DNA of 64,000 nucleotides from Octopus bimaculoides (GCF_001194135.2 NC_068986.1:90101747-90165746); one strand, 5' to 3'. Shown: positions 24,083 through 37,464, counted from the stretch's first letter. Numbers and translations are program-made. Notes: generated from the sequence alone by a model not told the origin.

Positions 24083-25386
24083 NNNNNNNNNNNNNNNNNN
24101 NNNNNNNNNNNNNNNNNNNNNNNNNNNNNNNNNNNNNNNNNNNNNNNNNNNNNNNNNNNNNNNNNNNNNNNNNNNNNNNNNNNNNNNNNNNNNNNNNNNN
24201 NNNNNNNNNNNNNNNNNNNNNNNNNNNNNNNNNNNNNNNNNNNNNNNNNNNNNNNNNNNNNNNNNNNNNNNNNNNNNNNNNNNNNNNNNNNNNNNNNNNN
24301 NNNNNNNNNNNNNNNNNNNNNNNNNNNNNNNNNNNNNNNNNNNNNNNNNNNNNNNNNNNNNNNNNNNNNNNNNNNNNNNNNNNNNNNNNNNNNNNNNNNN
24401 NNNNNNNNNNNNNNNNNNNNNNNNNNNNNNNNNNNNNNNNNNNNNNNNNNNNNNNNNNNNNNNNNNNNNNNNNNNNNNNNNNNNNNNNNNNNNNNNNNNN
24501 NNNNNNNNNNNNNNNNNNNNNNNNNNNNNNNNNNNNNNNNNNNNNNNNNNNNNNNNNNNNNNNNNNNNNNNNNNNNNNNNNNNNNNNNNNNNNNNNNNNN
24601 NNNNNNNNNNNNNNNNNNNNNNNNNNNNNNNNNNNNNNNNNNNNNNNNNNNNNNNNNNNNNNNNNNNNNNNNNNNNNNNNNNNNNNNNNNNNNNNNNNNN
24701 NNNNNNNNNNNNNNNNNNNNNNNNNNNNNNNNNNNNNNNNNNNNNNNNNNNNNNNNNNNNNNNNNNNNNNNNNNNNNNNNNNNNNNNNNNNNNNNNNNNN
24801 NNNNNNNNNNNNNNNNNNNNNNNNNNTCACCCTCCGCAAAATTCCCAAATTTTATTTCATTTGCTTTGCGGAAGGACTGTTCCAACGAAGTCGCGTATTG
24901 TCCTTGCCTTCGAAACGCGGAGTAGATGGAGCAGGGACAACTGACGAAGGGATATACTCTTTATGTTGCATGTCTCGTTTCTCTGTTTGTTATTTTTTTT
25001 CGTTGTTCGAAAAAAGGTTCGTTTTCTGTTTCCGTCTTTATGTTTTCGTTTCTCATTGTATTTAACGTTTTTTTTTTGTGATGTCCTGCACCCATATATA
25101 TGCATGTATGTGTACATATAGATGTAGGTATGTACATATATGTATGGATATATGCATATGTTTATATATTATTTATATCATTATATGATCGAACGCCACG
25201 CATCCTTTCCCAAGTAAGTTTTATCTATCTATCTATCAATCTATCTATATACCAGCTAACGAACTGCTTGAAGCTTACAAATTCCCTACACTCAGATCCC
25301 TGTACCTTGCACTAATCTATAACACACACACACACACACAAATACTGAGGACGATTTTCTTTTTCGACTTTGGCTACAGTCCAATG

Positions 25387-25763
25387 GTGGAGGCGCAATG
25401 GCCCAGTGGTTAGGGCAGCGGACTTGCGGGCATAGGATCGTGGTTTCGATTCCCAGACCGGGCGTTGTGAGTGTTTATTGAGCGAAAACACCTAAAGCTC
25501 CACAAGGCTCCGGCAGGAGATGGTGGCGAACCCTGCTGTACTCTTCCACCACAACCTTCTCTCACTCTTACTTCCTGTTGTGTCTGTAATTCAAAGGGTC
25601 AGCCTTGTCACACTGTGTCACGCTGAATATCCCCGAGAACTACGTTAAGGGTACACGTGTCTGTGGAGTGCTCAGCCACTTGCACGTTAATTTCACGAGC
25701 AGGCTGTTCCGTTGATCGGATCAACTGGAACCCTCGACGTCGTAAGCGACGGAGTGCCAACAC
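25387..25763 (+). mobile_element. tRNA-derived SINE (family A), full length
   Basis: tRNA-like head ggaggcgcaatggcccagtggttagggcagcgg...ggtttcgattccc and an 11-bp TSD acagtccaatg. Confidence 0.92.
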
Positions 25764-26689
25764 ACAGTCCAATGACTGAAACAAGTAAATGACAAAAGAT
25801 TTATTGATATGTATACAGAAAATTTATATATACAACTTTTCTTTGTTTCAGTCATTAGACTGTAGCTATACAAGGACATCGCTTTAAAGCATTTTTAATC
25901 GAATGAATCGATCCCAGTGCTTACTTTTTGTTAAATCGAACCGCTAAGTTACGGGATGTAAACACCCTAACACTGGTTATCAAGCGGGTGGATGGAGGGG
26001 GTAGACACAGGCACAAAGACATACACACATAGATATACGCGACAGGTTTCTTTCAGTTTCCGCGTACCAAATCCACTGACAAGGCTCCGGTCGATTCGAG
26101 GTGCCACGCAGTGGGATTGAATCCGAAACCATGTGGTTGTGAAGCTAGCTTCTTACCACACATCCACGCCTAGAGAGAGACGCAGCCTCTTTATATATAT
26201 ATATATATCAGTTATGGGCATATGCGTGTAAGTATGTGTTTCTGCCCCAACCACCGCTTGACAACCGGTGTTGATTTGTTTACGATTTGTTTGCGGTTTG
26301 ACAAAAGAAACCGATAGAATAAGTATCAGGTTTAAAACAAAAAGTAGTGGGACCAATTCATTCGGCCCCAAGCTCAAGGCGCTGCCCCAGCGTAGCCGTA
26401 GATTGAAACAAATAAAGATACATATAGAAAATCTCTTCTTACAATGTTTTAAAATTCGACATAAAAAGGTTTGTGTGTGGAGGGAAGTAAATGGAATATA
26501 AAACGGATATAAAAGTTAAGCTGAAATATATTCTTGAGTATTAATTAATTACTCGTCCTAAATAAATAAAGAAAAAAAATATGCTGTAAATATCTATTGA
26601 CTAATTTCCCTGTTTAAGCTGGAACCGGCAATATATTTGCTTACTCAGCAGTGAGAGATGTAGACAAATAAGCAAGCTACGACCTATTT

Positions 26690-27590
26690 TACATTCTTCA
26701 CGCCAGTTTAAATTCCTCCTTTTTCCCCTCCTTATGTGTTTTGATTACTTTTCAGATTTTCCTTCTCTTTAATCTTCTGTTTATTTTCTTACTTTTCTCC
26801 TCCCTTTGTCCATTCTTTCTCTCTTTCACGTTTGCGCAATCTAACTTTTTTTTCTGTATTTCTTTTTCTATCTTTCTTTAAGCTTCTACACTCATCCTTT
26901 ATTCATTCTACCTCATCTTAACCCTTTCACCTTCATAGCTACTCTCTTCTCATTAGTCTTTTCTCTCTTCGTTCTTTCTCTTCTTTCTCATTTTTTTTTC
27001 TTAACTTTCAGTTCCCCTTTTCCGACTTCTGTTTCCCTAACATCCACTCCTTGTATCCCAAATGACTTCTTAACGACACGTCTGCTCGAATAATTTAAAA
27101 TGTGTTTTTCTTTTATATTCATTTTTTCCTGTTTCTTAAGGAACTGAGAGTTACAACATTCCTAAACCACTGTCATAACCCTGTAATGTACCCCTACTTC
27201 CCATCCATTCATATGATCATCTGGCACAGGATTTCCTTTCGTTCTATCACGATATCCTTACCCACAATTTGCTGCTTAACTTCATTTACTTTTCCTGTTT
27301 CTATACTTGTTCTCTTTCTCTTCTCTTCAAAAACTCACCCTGTCTCCATTTCTCTCCTCCTTCGATTCACTGTTTCTTCATCCAAGTTATCTAAATCTTT
27401 CTCTCTATCCCGGTTTCTTTCCGTGTCTCTTTTTATATCACTTTCTTTCAGTCTTGTATTTGCTGGGTTTTTTTCTCTATTTCAATCCATCTCTCTATCG
27501 AATTCTTTCACTATGTATGTCTCCTTCTTTCATTCATTCATTCTATTCCTTTCATATGCACACACGTATCTATCTACCCATATATATATA
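26690..27590. repeat. Pyrimidine-rich low-complexity tract
   Basis: Extended C/T-biased sequence upstream of GALNT2. The long ORFs called here are compositional artefacts. Confidence 0.7.
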
Positions 27591-28788
27591 TNNNNNNNNN
27601 NNNNNNNNNNNNNNNNNNNNNNNNNNNNNNNNNNNNNNNNNNNNNNNNNNNNNNNNNNNNNNNNNNNNNNNNNNNNNNNNNNNNNNNNNNNNNNNNNNNN
27701 NNNNNNNNNNNNNNNNNNNNNNNNNNNNNNNNNNNNNNNNNNNNNNNNNNNNNNNNNNNNNNNNNNNNNNNNNNNNNNNNNNNNNNNNNNNNNNNNNNNN
27801 NNNNNNNNNNNNNNNNNNNNNNNNNNNNNNNNNNNNNNNNNNNNNNNNNNNNNNNNNNNNNNNNNNNNNNNNNNNNNNNNNNNNNNNNNNNNNNNNNNNN
27901 NNNNNNNNNNNNNNNNNNNNNNNNNNNNNNNNNNNNNNNNNNNNNNNNNNNNNNNNNNNNNNNNNNNNNNNNNNNNNNNNNNNNNNNNNNNNNNNNNNNN
28001 NNNNNNNNNNNNNNNNNNNNNNNNNNNNNNNNNNNNNNNNNNNNNNNNNNNNNNNNNNNNNNNNNNNNNNNNNNNNNNNNNNNNNNNNNNNNNNNNNNNN
28101 NNNNNNNNNNNNNNNNNNNNNNNNNNNNNNNNNNNNNNNNNNNNNNNNNNNNNNNNNNNNNNNNNNNNNNNNNNNNNNNNNNNNNNNNNNNNNNNNNNNN
28201 NNNNNNNNNNNNNNTATATATATATATATACCTACACGTCCATAGCCATGAAGATTGAGCAAAGTTAAACTTTGTAATAATACATAGACTAGTTGATTAA
28301 GAAAAAAAAAAAAAAAAAACGGTATGGAGACCCAACATGGATATAATTAACAAGATTCTCTTTTCACCGTTTCCTTCTCCACCTCCTTCTTATTCTCTTC
28401 CACAGTTGATATTTCTCAGCGACATCGATGAACTTCCATAACGGAAGTATTGCAAAGCGCAAGTGCGTCTCACTCACTCGCTTTCTGACCAGTCTGGTTT
28501 ATTTTGTTATTTATTCATTCATTTATTTATTTATTACATTATTTATTTGATTGTTTGTTTACTTTTTAATTTAGTACGTTTTTCTCTTTTACTTATTTTT
28601 CTTGCTTTTTTTTTTAACCTCCCCCTTTCGTTTCTCGGGGACGATTTTGATTGGTCAAATATTTAAATAAATAAATAAAATAAAAAAACAAACCAAGCTA
28701 AGTCTTGCTCCGATTAGCTACTTTGCTTAGAAATCAAGGCGGAGTTTCAAATCTTCGTAGCGGAGCGGCAGGTCCTGTGTTCGTTCGC

Positions 28789-28890
28789 ATGGGGAGGCGG
28801 TGGTTGCTAGAACTATCGGAGTCACAACCAGGATGCGGAGGAGGTTTCACCTGCTGCTCGGCATCGGAATTATATGGCTGTTCGGAGTAG
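28789..28890 (+). promoter_or_regulatory. Out-of-frame upstream ORF (33 aa) overlapping the GALNT2 start codon
   Basis: ATG at 28789 (cgcATGG) gives MGRRWLLELSESQPGCGGGFTCCSASELYGCSE*. The stop lies 58 nt into the GALNT2 CDS. It matters only if the TSS is upstream of 28789. Confidence 0.55.
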
Positions 28891-28922
28891 CTTATTATTT
28901 ACTGAGAGAAATTAAAACTGAG
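28833..28922 (+). CDS. GALNT2: Polypeptide N-acetylgalactosaminyltransferase 2, coding exon 1 (cytoplasmic tail plus Golgi signal-anchor)
   Basis: ATG at 28833 gives MRRRFHLLLGIGIIWLFGVAYYLLREIKTE (90 nt), ending at a GAG|GTAAGC donor in phase 0. It closely resembles the GALNT2 N-terminus as I recall it (human [22 protein letters not shown]). Confidence 0.93.
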
Positions 28923-30517
28923 GTAAGCAGGAGGTATTCTTTTTAAACCTTTATTTTTTATTGTAATATATTAGAACAATTTTTTTTTCCTTTTTACCTT
29001 TCTTTATCCGGAAGTGATTTACCACCGATCCGAGTGATGGTGGTGGTTGTTAGACGATGTATTATTGTTGCTCTTAGTGGTCTTGTGGTGGGTGAACGTG
29101 CACGCGTGGGGGCGGATGGCTTTGATTTCAAAGCATGTTATATCGAGTTACCTCCCCTTTCAGTCTCGCATTGTTGTCAATTTCATTACAGTTACCATCA
29201 CTACTGCACTCGTGTTCGTGTTGTTGTCGTGGTCACCTTAGTCATCATCATCATCATCATTGGCGCACTGTCATCACGTTCATAAAATAATGCCGTTATT
29301 ACCACCATTATCAGTTCATTTCGCGCCATCACTATCACCATCATCAAGTGTCGAGTAAAGGCGGTAGATTGGCAAAATCATTAGAGCATCGGTATTTATT
29401 CCGGCTCTCTCATTATATTCTGAGTTCAAATCCCGTCGAGGTCTACTTTACCTTTCGTTTCTCTACGAAGTACCAGTCATTTACTAGTGTCGATACAATC
29501 GACAAACCCCATTCTTCGTAAATATCTGGTCTTGTGCCTATGTTAGAAACGATTTAGAGTCGGACTGCTGATTCTGCGTCTCCGTTTCGGTTTACATTAA
29601 GATATATTTCACTTTTGTGTCGCTAATTCCCTCTGGAATGAACGTCACAGATCTCATCCTATACACGCTTCTCTTTAATAAATATATAAATCCGTATATT
29701 ATGTTAGTAATGATTATTCTAGCCGGTCTATATCCTTTACAGTATCTGTTGTGGTGTTATAATTGCACTGAGTTCAACACACGTTGGGAGTATCTGTCAC
29801 TCCGACCGATGGGGCGATAAATAATATATATACCAAGATACTGAGGGATCGATTTAATTAAATTACTGGTTTTGTGCCTGTGGTCTAAAAAAGGGTTGTC
29901 TTTGTTATCATTATCGTCATCGTTATTATTGTTTCACCCCGGTCGCTGACGTACTCCTGTGTTATTTCTTTCAACAAGTTTCATTCATGTCTCGTGACAT
30001 TAAATGTCACAATTAAAATTGTGATGCTTGTTTTAGTTACAGAACTCTACCTAATTCTCTGATTGTATGAGTCTACCCCACCTTGATACACTGGGACTCC
30101 ACATTTCCGTTCTTCGTATGTCAGTCCTCAAGTTCGGTGTCTTTTTAAAGAGCATTAAAAGAACATTCTCGCCTTACGGCTTCGCTGATGATGCATACAT
30201 CGGTCTGTTCACATAGTTCGTATGCATATAAGAGTGGAGTCTTTATATATATATATATATATATATATATCTGTATATATAGAGAGATATATAGATAGAT
30301 ATACTCATACACCACCCGTATATACACAATCGTTTATGTATGTTACCCTTATAAAGGTTTTGTATTCTTGCATGTATTCCAAACATTTATACATTGTGTC
30401 TGTTGAACGTATTTGTATGGAATAGACTAGTGTATTATATGCACTCTTAAAAACCTTAACCATGCTAACATGGTCCATGCCTTAGGTACTCTCATAGTAC
30501 ACAGCTTAATAATCGTG

Positions 30518-30567
<50 letters not shown>

Positions 30568-33036
30568 GTGCGCTACCATGCATATAGTCTCATGTCAAGG
30601 CTGTTATCTTGTATACTGGTGTCGAAAGACCTTTATTACACATACATATGCATTTTTGTATTATACCTCGCTATTACATGGTCCGGTGTTTATCGGAGAT
30701 TTCATAATGTACACTATACATATAATTACTGCATATTTATAGAGTCCGATTTGTGTATTTATAATAATATCTGAAAGAATTCATTGCAGACGTACATACT
30801 ATCATCTATCTATCTATCTACCTACCTACCTATCGATCTATCTATCTATCTATCTATCTATATAAAGTTTTTAAAATTATTTTGTATTATATAATGATAC
30901 GCACCCCTACACACATACTACACACACGGTATACTCCATGTACACATTTATTTGGTAAATTATATACTGTTATTATACATACATTCACAGATTCGTTTGT
31001 TGATCTATTGTATTGAAAATTCTACTACGTCTCATATATCTAATAAAAATTAGGGACTGTTATATTTCATGTAATACCTACATGTGGTTTTGTTAGAAGA
31101 GTATATTGTCAATATAGTTGATAAACTCATTGTATATGTGTGTTACGTATCGTCAACCCTCTTTCCGCGAAAAATAAAAAGGCGAAGTTGTCCCTGGTGA
31201 GATTTGAACTTAGAATACAGATAACCTAAACAATGTAAACGATATGATCTGGACCCTCTGTCGTTGCCATCAATAACAACATACTCAAAAAGTTTAAGAA
31301 ATGGGAAATGGATGTATTATAATTACTCTAACTTTGCAGAATCCTTCAACCCGCCACTTCTCAACTAAAGATGGCTCTGTAAGTAACTGTGCTGTTGAGA
31401 AAGTCACAACATTGTTACCTGTTTCGATTCTGACTACACGCATGCATACAAACGTACACACATACGCATGCGCGTCCGCTCACACGCATACCAAAATTCT
31501 TCGTAAAGTCTTCCGTTTTATCCCATCTGTCTTGCCACCTTGTATATGTGTATGTATGTGTATATATGCGTGTGTATGTGAGAATGTATATGTATGTATG
31601 TATATGAGAGAGAGAGAGGGGAAGGTACTAAATGCGAACTTTGCTGATCCCCATCAAAGTAACTGCTCCTGGATCAGTTTCGTGTCAGGAAAACATGTGG
31701 CTATTTAACTTTTTTTTAAAAGAAAAGAGCGGGAGAGGGGGGGACTTCTTTTATGGCATTCCTTCAGTTGTAGCAGCAGACTTTTCGAAAATCACAGCTG
31801 TTTCGTTCGTTAATTTCCATAACAAATTTTTATTTCATTAAAGAGAGGAGAAAGTGAAAAGACGATATTTGCTTTAGAGTGACGTTTTGCGGGCCACACA
31901 GGGCGACCACTTTACATATGTGTGTTTGCTGTAGTCGAAGGTTTGTTATTGTTTAAAGAAGGGTGGGCGTCAATTTGGCTGCTGCCCAGTGCACTCGAAA
32001 CCCACGTTACACTAAACAATTCTTGTTATGTTAAGCACTTTTTTGCTTTCAGTGCAGATTCTGTGGAGCTAGATACTCTTGAGACATGTTTTCATGAACC
32101 TGTGGTCCCTTGTCCTACGAAACTCTGGTACTGATAGCCTTGATATCAGCAAACTCTTACTTTTGGTGATTACTAAAAGTATTTGCATTGTTGGGAATCC
32201 TTTATTTTCAAAACTTATCTCAGAGTCACAGGTATTTTGCCCGGTAACCTGTATGCTTCACTTGAGTAGGGCGTATGTACATGATACCACTCTTCATTCC
32301 TTAACTTTACAAGCACTACACTACACGCGCACGCACGGACGTATACACACACACACACTGCCCAAACTACTGATGACCAAATTCAAGTGGTTCTGAAAAT
32401 ATTCTAGCCCTCTCTCTAGTTCAAATGTGACCTACCTATGTGGTTATTGCTCACATATCTGGAGCTGTGCCATTATTTCACACAAAAGAAAACCACCTAC
32501 ATTTCATAAGAAAAGAAAAATGTAAAAGAAAAATAAAGCAAAAGCTACTTTAGTGGATTGCTGGAGACATGTTAATATGCTACAGTGTATCTCCCCCAAC
32601 TTCAACGGTTTCTGCCTCATTGAGCTAACACAATACCCTCACTTTTCCCTCTTTCTCAATACTGCATCACATCCTACAAACACCCACTTCTAAACTGTTC
32701 CTTCCCAGAACTGTAGCTGCCTCTGTTGTTGTTTAGCCTGAGGTCAGTTGTGGTTCAGTACACCTATGTGCAGTCATTCCAGTCATAACTATCCCATCTC
32801 TTATTCACTCCTATTGTACCTAGGACTACATTATCTAACATGTCCTGAGTGTGTTATGTGGGAGATTTGACTGCAATCATCTTATTGCTATCTTATTGGT
32901 CCTATTCACATTTCAAGTAGTCATACATCATAATCCACTTCACCAGACATTTTGAGCCTGTGAAGTTGATAAGAATTGCTCCTCATGACTTGTTTTTCTT
33001 TTCAAACTCCAGTAAAGCTTTTCAAAGATGCAGAAA

Positions 33037-33083
33037 TTAATAATAAATGAAAAAACCCCTGGAAATCTCTAGAATTTCTTTTA
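33037..33083 (-). CDS. Candidate nested antisense gene, possible terminal coding exon D (VKEILEISRGFFIYY*)
   Basis: Acceptor ttgtttctgttttAG|TA in phase 1, with TAA at 33039-33037. It is one of several possible downstream acceptors; another strong one at 32496 gives GGFLLCEIMAQLQI. Confidence 0.3.
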
Positions 33084-33306
33084 CTAAAACAGAAACAATT
33101 GCTATAATAGTTGCTAAGTTGGGGACAGTACAGAAGCAGAACGAGGAGGAATGATGTATGTTAATTTACCCGGAGACAGGTAATGATTGGCAGCAGAAAG
33201 GATAACTGGTCATAGAAAATCTGTTGCATTTGACCCATGCAAGCATGGAAAAGTGGATGTTGAACTCATGATAAGGATTTTATATAAATATAATATATAT
33301 CGGAAC

Positions 33307-33495
33307 AAACAAATGGATTTTATGTGCTGTGACAATTGTTTCAGTAAGAATCTTTATTTTAATGCAAGCATAATACAATTTTTAGATTATGAGGATTGCA
33401 TAATGTATTCTATAATTTAGAAATTGTGTTATGCTTGCATTAAAATAAACATTCTTACTGAAACAATTATTGTAACATATAAAATCCATTTGTTT
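33307..33495. repeat. 75-bp inverted repeat with 39-nt loop
   Basis: 33307-33381 and 33421-33495 are reverse complements except for one central 10-nt mismatch block and two point differences. Confidence 0.88.
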
Positions 33496-35428
33496 ATTGT
33501 CATTTCATGCCACATCCATATTTTGTTATTCGCTGAATAGCTTGTAAACAATTGGAATTGCAGCTTATTCAATAAGTGTCTTGACTTCATCAATGCCTTC
33601 TGCATTGATAATGGATTACTTCACTGTCTACTCAGTTTGATTCTGTTTAGCCAATCAGTTGTACGCTATATGTTGATGTTCCTTGATTCTTTATAAATCC
33701 CATGTAACTAAAATATACATATATCATCATCATCCTTTAACATCCTTTTTCCATGCTGGCATTGGTTGGACGGTTTCACCAGAGCTGGGAAGCTGCACCA
33801 GGTTCCAGTCTGATTTGGCTTGGTTTCTACGACTGGATGTCCTTCCTAATACCAACCATTTTATAGTATGTGCTGGGTGCTTTTAACATGCCACCAGCAC
33901 ATATATGTATACACACACTCTCTTTCTCTCTCTCTCACACACACAAGTATTATATCTAACTTTGGTTGGTTGTGCAGTGCAGTTGGACTCAACTCAAAAC
34001 CACGTGATTGAGAAGTAACTGTGTCTGCAGCTACAGCAGGCTTATGTCTGAGGTAATTGATGTTGTCTGCTATGGCCATGGCTGACCAATGCCTTGCAAT
34101 TTGGTAGATAGAAAACTGTTAGAAGCCTTTTGTATATACATACACACAACTTTTGTGTGTGTGTGCATTTGTGCATGCTGATTGAAAATAAGGCCACCGC
34201 TCATACAAAAGGCTTCATTGCTTATAATTTTCTGTGAAAATATGTCTGACCATTGAACAGTACATTGGGAGAAGGACTAGGAGAATATTATCTTGCTTGA
34301 GAACAGGTGATAGTTGGAAGAGCATCTATGTTCCTTGGTATAAAATGTGGCAGTAAGGAAGAATGCCACTATCAAACGTTTCTTTGTCTTGCTAGAAAGT
34401 GCAACCATATCTACTTCAGATCATGGCATGCATTTTAAAAAGACAGAAGGAAACATGGGATATTGTAGTCTTGGATACACTGTTCCTGAGAAAAACATGA
34501 TATGGTCACAAGTGGAATGTCTTTCATCATCAGCTGTTCAGTGAGTTCTTATCTGGGGCTAAACACTTAACTTCATCCAAAAGATAAAAGTCATGAAATG
34601 TTAATGGACTACCATGGAATTACTGGTCACTCTAAGTTATTGAATCTTCCAGTTCCCATATATGTTTGTCTGTCTGTCAGTCTGTCTATGTATTAGTGTG
34701 TGTGTGTGTGTGTGTGTGTACAAGGGATCCCCTGCACTGGTGCTAAAATGGAAAGCCTGTACTTCATACTCCTTCAAGTGACAAGTGAGTGAAACAATCT
34801 CTTATTAGTGTTGCTATCATAAAATGTACCCAATGTACTTTGTAAAATGCTTGGCAAATTTTTGAGCAGAGAATGTATAGAATGTATATATTCAACCTCT
34901 CTAGTGTTGGTGCCATGAAAAATGCACTAAATACACTCTGTAAAGTGGTTGACAATAAATAGGAAGAACATCCAGTTGTAGAAATCAAACCAAATGGTGT
35001 ATGAGGATCAGTCTATTGAAGCAGCAGCTCCCAGTAGATGGCCATGACTGGGACAACCTGTCCAAAACATGTCAACATGAAGAGTGGACATAAAAAGGAT
35101 GAGGATGATGATTTTGCAGGGTTCCCAGTGAAAATATCTTAAAATTAGAGTTGTGGAGATGGCATTGGCAGCAAGAAATGAAATAAAAGACTAAGATACT
35201 GTTAAACTATTTAATCAACTATATCTCTGTGAGCAAATGCGGGACCTCTACATGTCATTCATTTTGCTAGAAATAACAAACATCCTTCAAATCACACCCT
35301 ACCATCTTAAATAAAAGACATTGAAGAAAAGATAAGATGGTCAGTGCTGGGATTCCTTTCTATTTCTCTTGTTTAGGACTGACCGAGGGTTAAAAAACAA
35401 ATGAACAAAACTTTATCTCCTCTCTTAA

Positions 35429-35625
35429 TCCTTTTAACTACACTTGGTCCTACAGTACAAACTTCTTGATTTAAAGTGATCTAAAACCTTCCATAAAAAT
35501 TTGTGTTAATTTATGTTCCAAACACCAGTTTAATAAAGACAGCTATTTTCCTAAATTCTTTGTTGTTTTCATAGTTAGCTGAAACAGAGGCTATATATTT
35601 CAACAGAAACTTGGTAACAAAAGGG
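35429..35625. mobile_element. Decayed piggyBac-type MITE
   Basis: TTAA flanks, an intact right end ggtaacaaaaggg and a degenerate left end. Confidence 0.5.
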
Positions 35626-35720
35626 TTAAAATAAATCTTCGTGTGTCAAGAAATAACAACCAAATCTCACTCTAAATTACACTCACACTTAAATATTAAA
35701 AGGTTACATTAGATGATCTC

Positions 35721-36095
35721 TTATTACCTCCGTCTTCCTGCCTTGGCGAAGGCAGAGGTATTGTTTTCAGTCGTATTTGTTTGTTTGTTTGTTTGTCTGT
35801 GGACAAGATATCTCAAGAACCGCTGGATGGATTTGGATGAAACTTTCTGGGATATTTGGCCTTGTGACTGGCACAAACTGATTAGGTTTTGGGATTGATC
35901 CAATACCAGACAAGGATTCTGGATTATTTTTTCCTGTTTTTTTGAGAGCAGTCCGGTTCATTTTTAGTATTCTCATTTGTGAGAGCAGTCAATTTTATTT
36001 CAGATATTCTCATTTTAAAAATCATCTCTGGCTAATCGTTAAGAAGACATTGATGTTGCCTTGGCAGAGCTTTGCGCTCTCTGAAAGCTCTTGTT
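35721..36095 (+). mobile_element. Helentron-like HINE copy
   Basis: ttattacctccg...(gttt)n...gccttggcagag...gcgctctctga...cttgtt; same family as 44809-45166 and 48790-49144. Confidence 0.8.
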
Positions 36096-37415
36096 TTATT
36101 TGGTGCCTGATAAAGGAATTTTTTTTTTCATGGCTTGTTTGGCATTTTTTCTTCTGTGGTTGAGTTACAATATTAGTTTGTAATAAATGTAATGTTAGTC
36201 CTCGAGTAATCATCTTCTCACTGCATAATTATATCTCATTAACTTTCTAATGTCAACTACATAAACTATTAGCATTAACTATTAGTTTGGAATGTTTTAT
36301 TTCTTTTTTCTTTTTATTTTTACAAGATAAAGTAAATTATTCAGTAAATATTTTTTAATATAATAAAAGTTAATTTTTGTTAGGAACAGGAATAGCTAGG
36401 TGGTTAGCAAATTTATTTGACAGCCACATGGTTTGGTGAACAGAACCCACTGAACAGAACCTAGTGCTAATGTTTTCAACTGTAGCCTAGCCTCGTGTTT
36501 AAACAGTACCATGTTAGTGGAATTTAGTCAATGGAAATTAGAAAAGCTAGTTGTGTATTTGTCATCACCTTTCTATATCTGTTTTCCTATACTTAAATGA
36601 AGTGGATGAATTTTGTTCAGCAGTGTCCTTCCACTTGTTGCAGTTCATCATTATCTCTTTTGTAAGCCCAATCTTTTGAGATCATCCTTCATCACTCCTT
36701 TCCATATCTCCCTGGGTCTTCTTCCCATTTTACATGTTCCTTCCACTTTGGATCTCTCAGCAATTCTTAACCTAAATTTGATTGTTCATTTACTCACTTA
36801 TCCATAGTTGTGCAGTCTTCTCTATTGTACTCTGTATCTGATATTTCTTAAGTCAGTTTGTCTTTCAGTTTATTTGTGCTCTTTTATTCATGGTGGTTAA
36901 CATGAATGTGTAATTACACATTATTGGATAATCATACTTTATGCATTGATGAACTTACTCCAGTGGAATTAATTTCTTTCTAGCTTTCACATGACCTCTG
37001 CATTTAGTTTTGCTATCATGCACAAATTGCACTTGTACCCAAGCATCATGCAATCTAACTTCACGAAGATTTAAAATCTCTTTGTTGCCAGCAGTAAATT
37101 GGCAGAATGTTTAGATAGAATGCTACATGGTATTTGTTTCAATTCTCTGCTGTCTGAGTTCAAATCCCACCAAGGTTAACTTAATTTTATATTCTTTTAG
37201 GATTCATAAATAGCTAACAAGGCAGTGCAGTGGATTCAGGGAAGAACATTGAACTGGATATCTTCCAGTATTTGTTCTGGTTAGTTCTGAATTTGAATCC
37301 TGTCACGGTCTACCTGGATGGTAGATATAACTTATCACCTGTCATCTGGCACTTTAATTCTGTTCATTCTATAGCAAGCATATGGGTCAAGCATTCTCCC
37401 CACCTTTCTTCCTAC

Positions 37416-37464
37416 CTATCTTGGAGGCCATGTAAAGAGCCATGGGTATAACCTTCCCTCCTGC
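37416..37464 (-). CDS. Candidate nested antisense gene, 49-nt exon C (AGGKVIPMALYMASKI)
   Basis: Strong acceptor tttctttttttaatcttttAG|GCA and donor ATAG|GTAGGA. The frame is open, phase 0 in and phase 1 out. Confidence 0.45.

Larger units (their letters stand above)
28400..29020 (+). promoter_or_regulatory. Probable GALNT2 promoter and 5' region with ETS-type motifs
   Basis: CpG-rich non-repeat sequence around exon 1, with ACGGAAGT at 28441-28448 and CCGGAAGT at 29008-29015. The TSS is not determinable. Confidence 0.45.

Noticed and set aside
24890-24970. CGAAACGCG and CTGACGA motifs suggesting a hammerhead
   Set aside because: The elements are in the wrong order for type I, no GAAA follows the CUGACGA hairpin, and no consistent stems form.
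25387-25460. tRNA-like sequences here and at other SINE heads
   Set aside because: They are SINE promoters followed by SINE bodies and TSDs, not tRNA genes.
22414-28268. Long ORFs of 200-390 aa in the ORF track
   Set aside because: They are open only because they run through N gaps and low-complexity flanks.
29034-29285. Hydrophobic ORFs just inside GALNT2 intron 1
   Set aside because: Driven by GTT/GTG/CAT low-complexity repeats, with no start or splice support.
36950-37080. Minus-strand open frame ending in a strong GGA|GTAAGT donor
   Set aside because: It is contiguous with a decayed RTE 3' fragment at about 36600-37080.
37416-37464. Resemblance of LYMASKIG to the SH3BGR/SH3BGRL N-terminus or the GST YLARK.G motif
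   Set aside because: No downstream exon with the PPQIF or GDY motifs was found, and the spacing does not fit GST.
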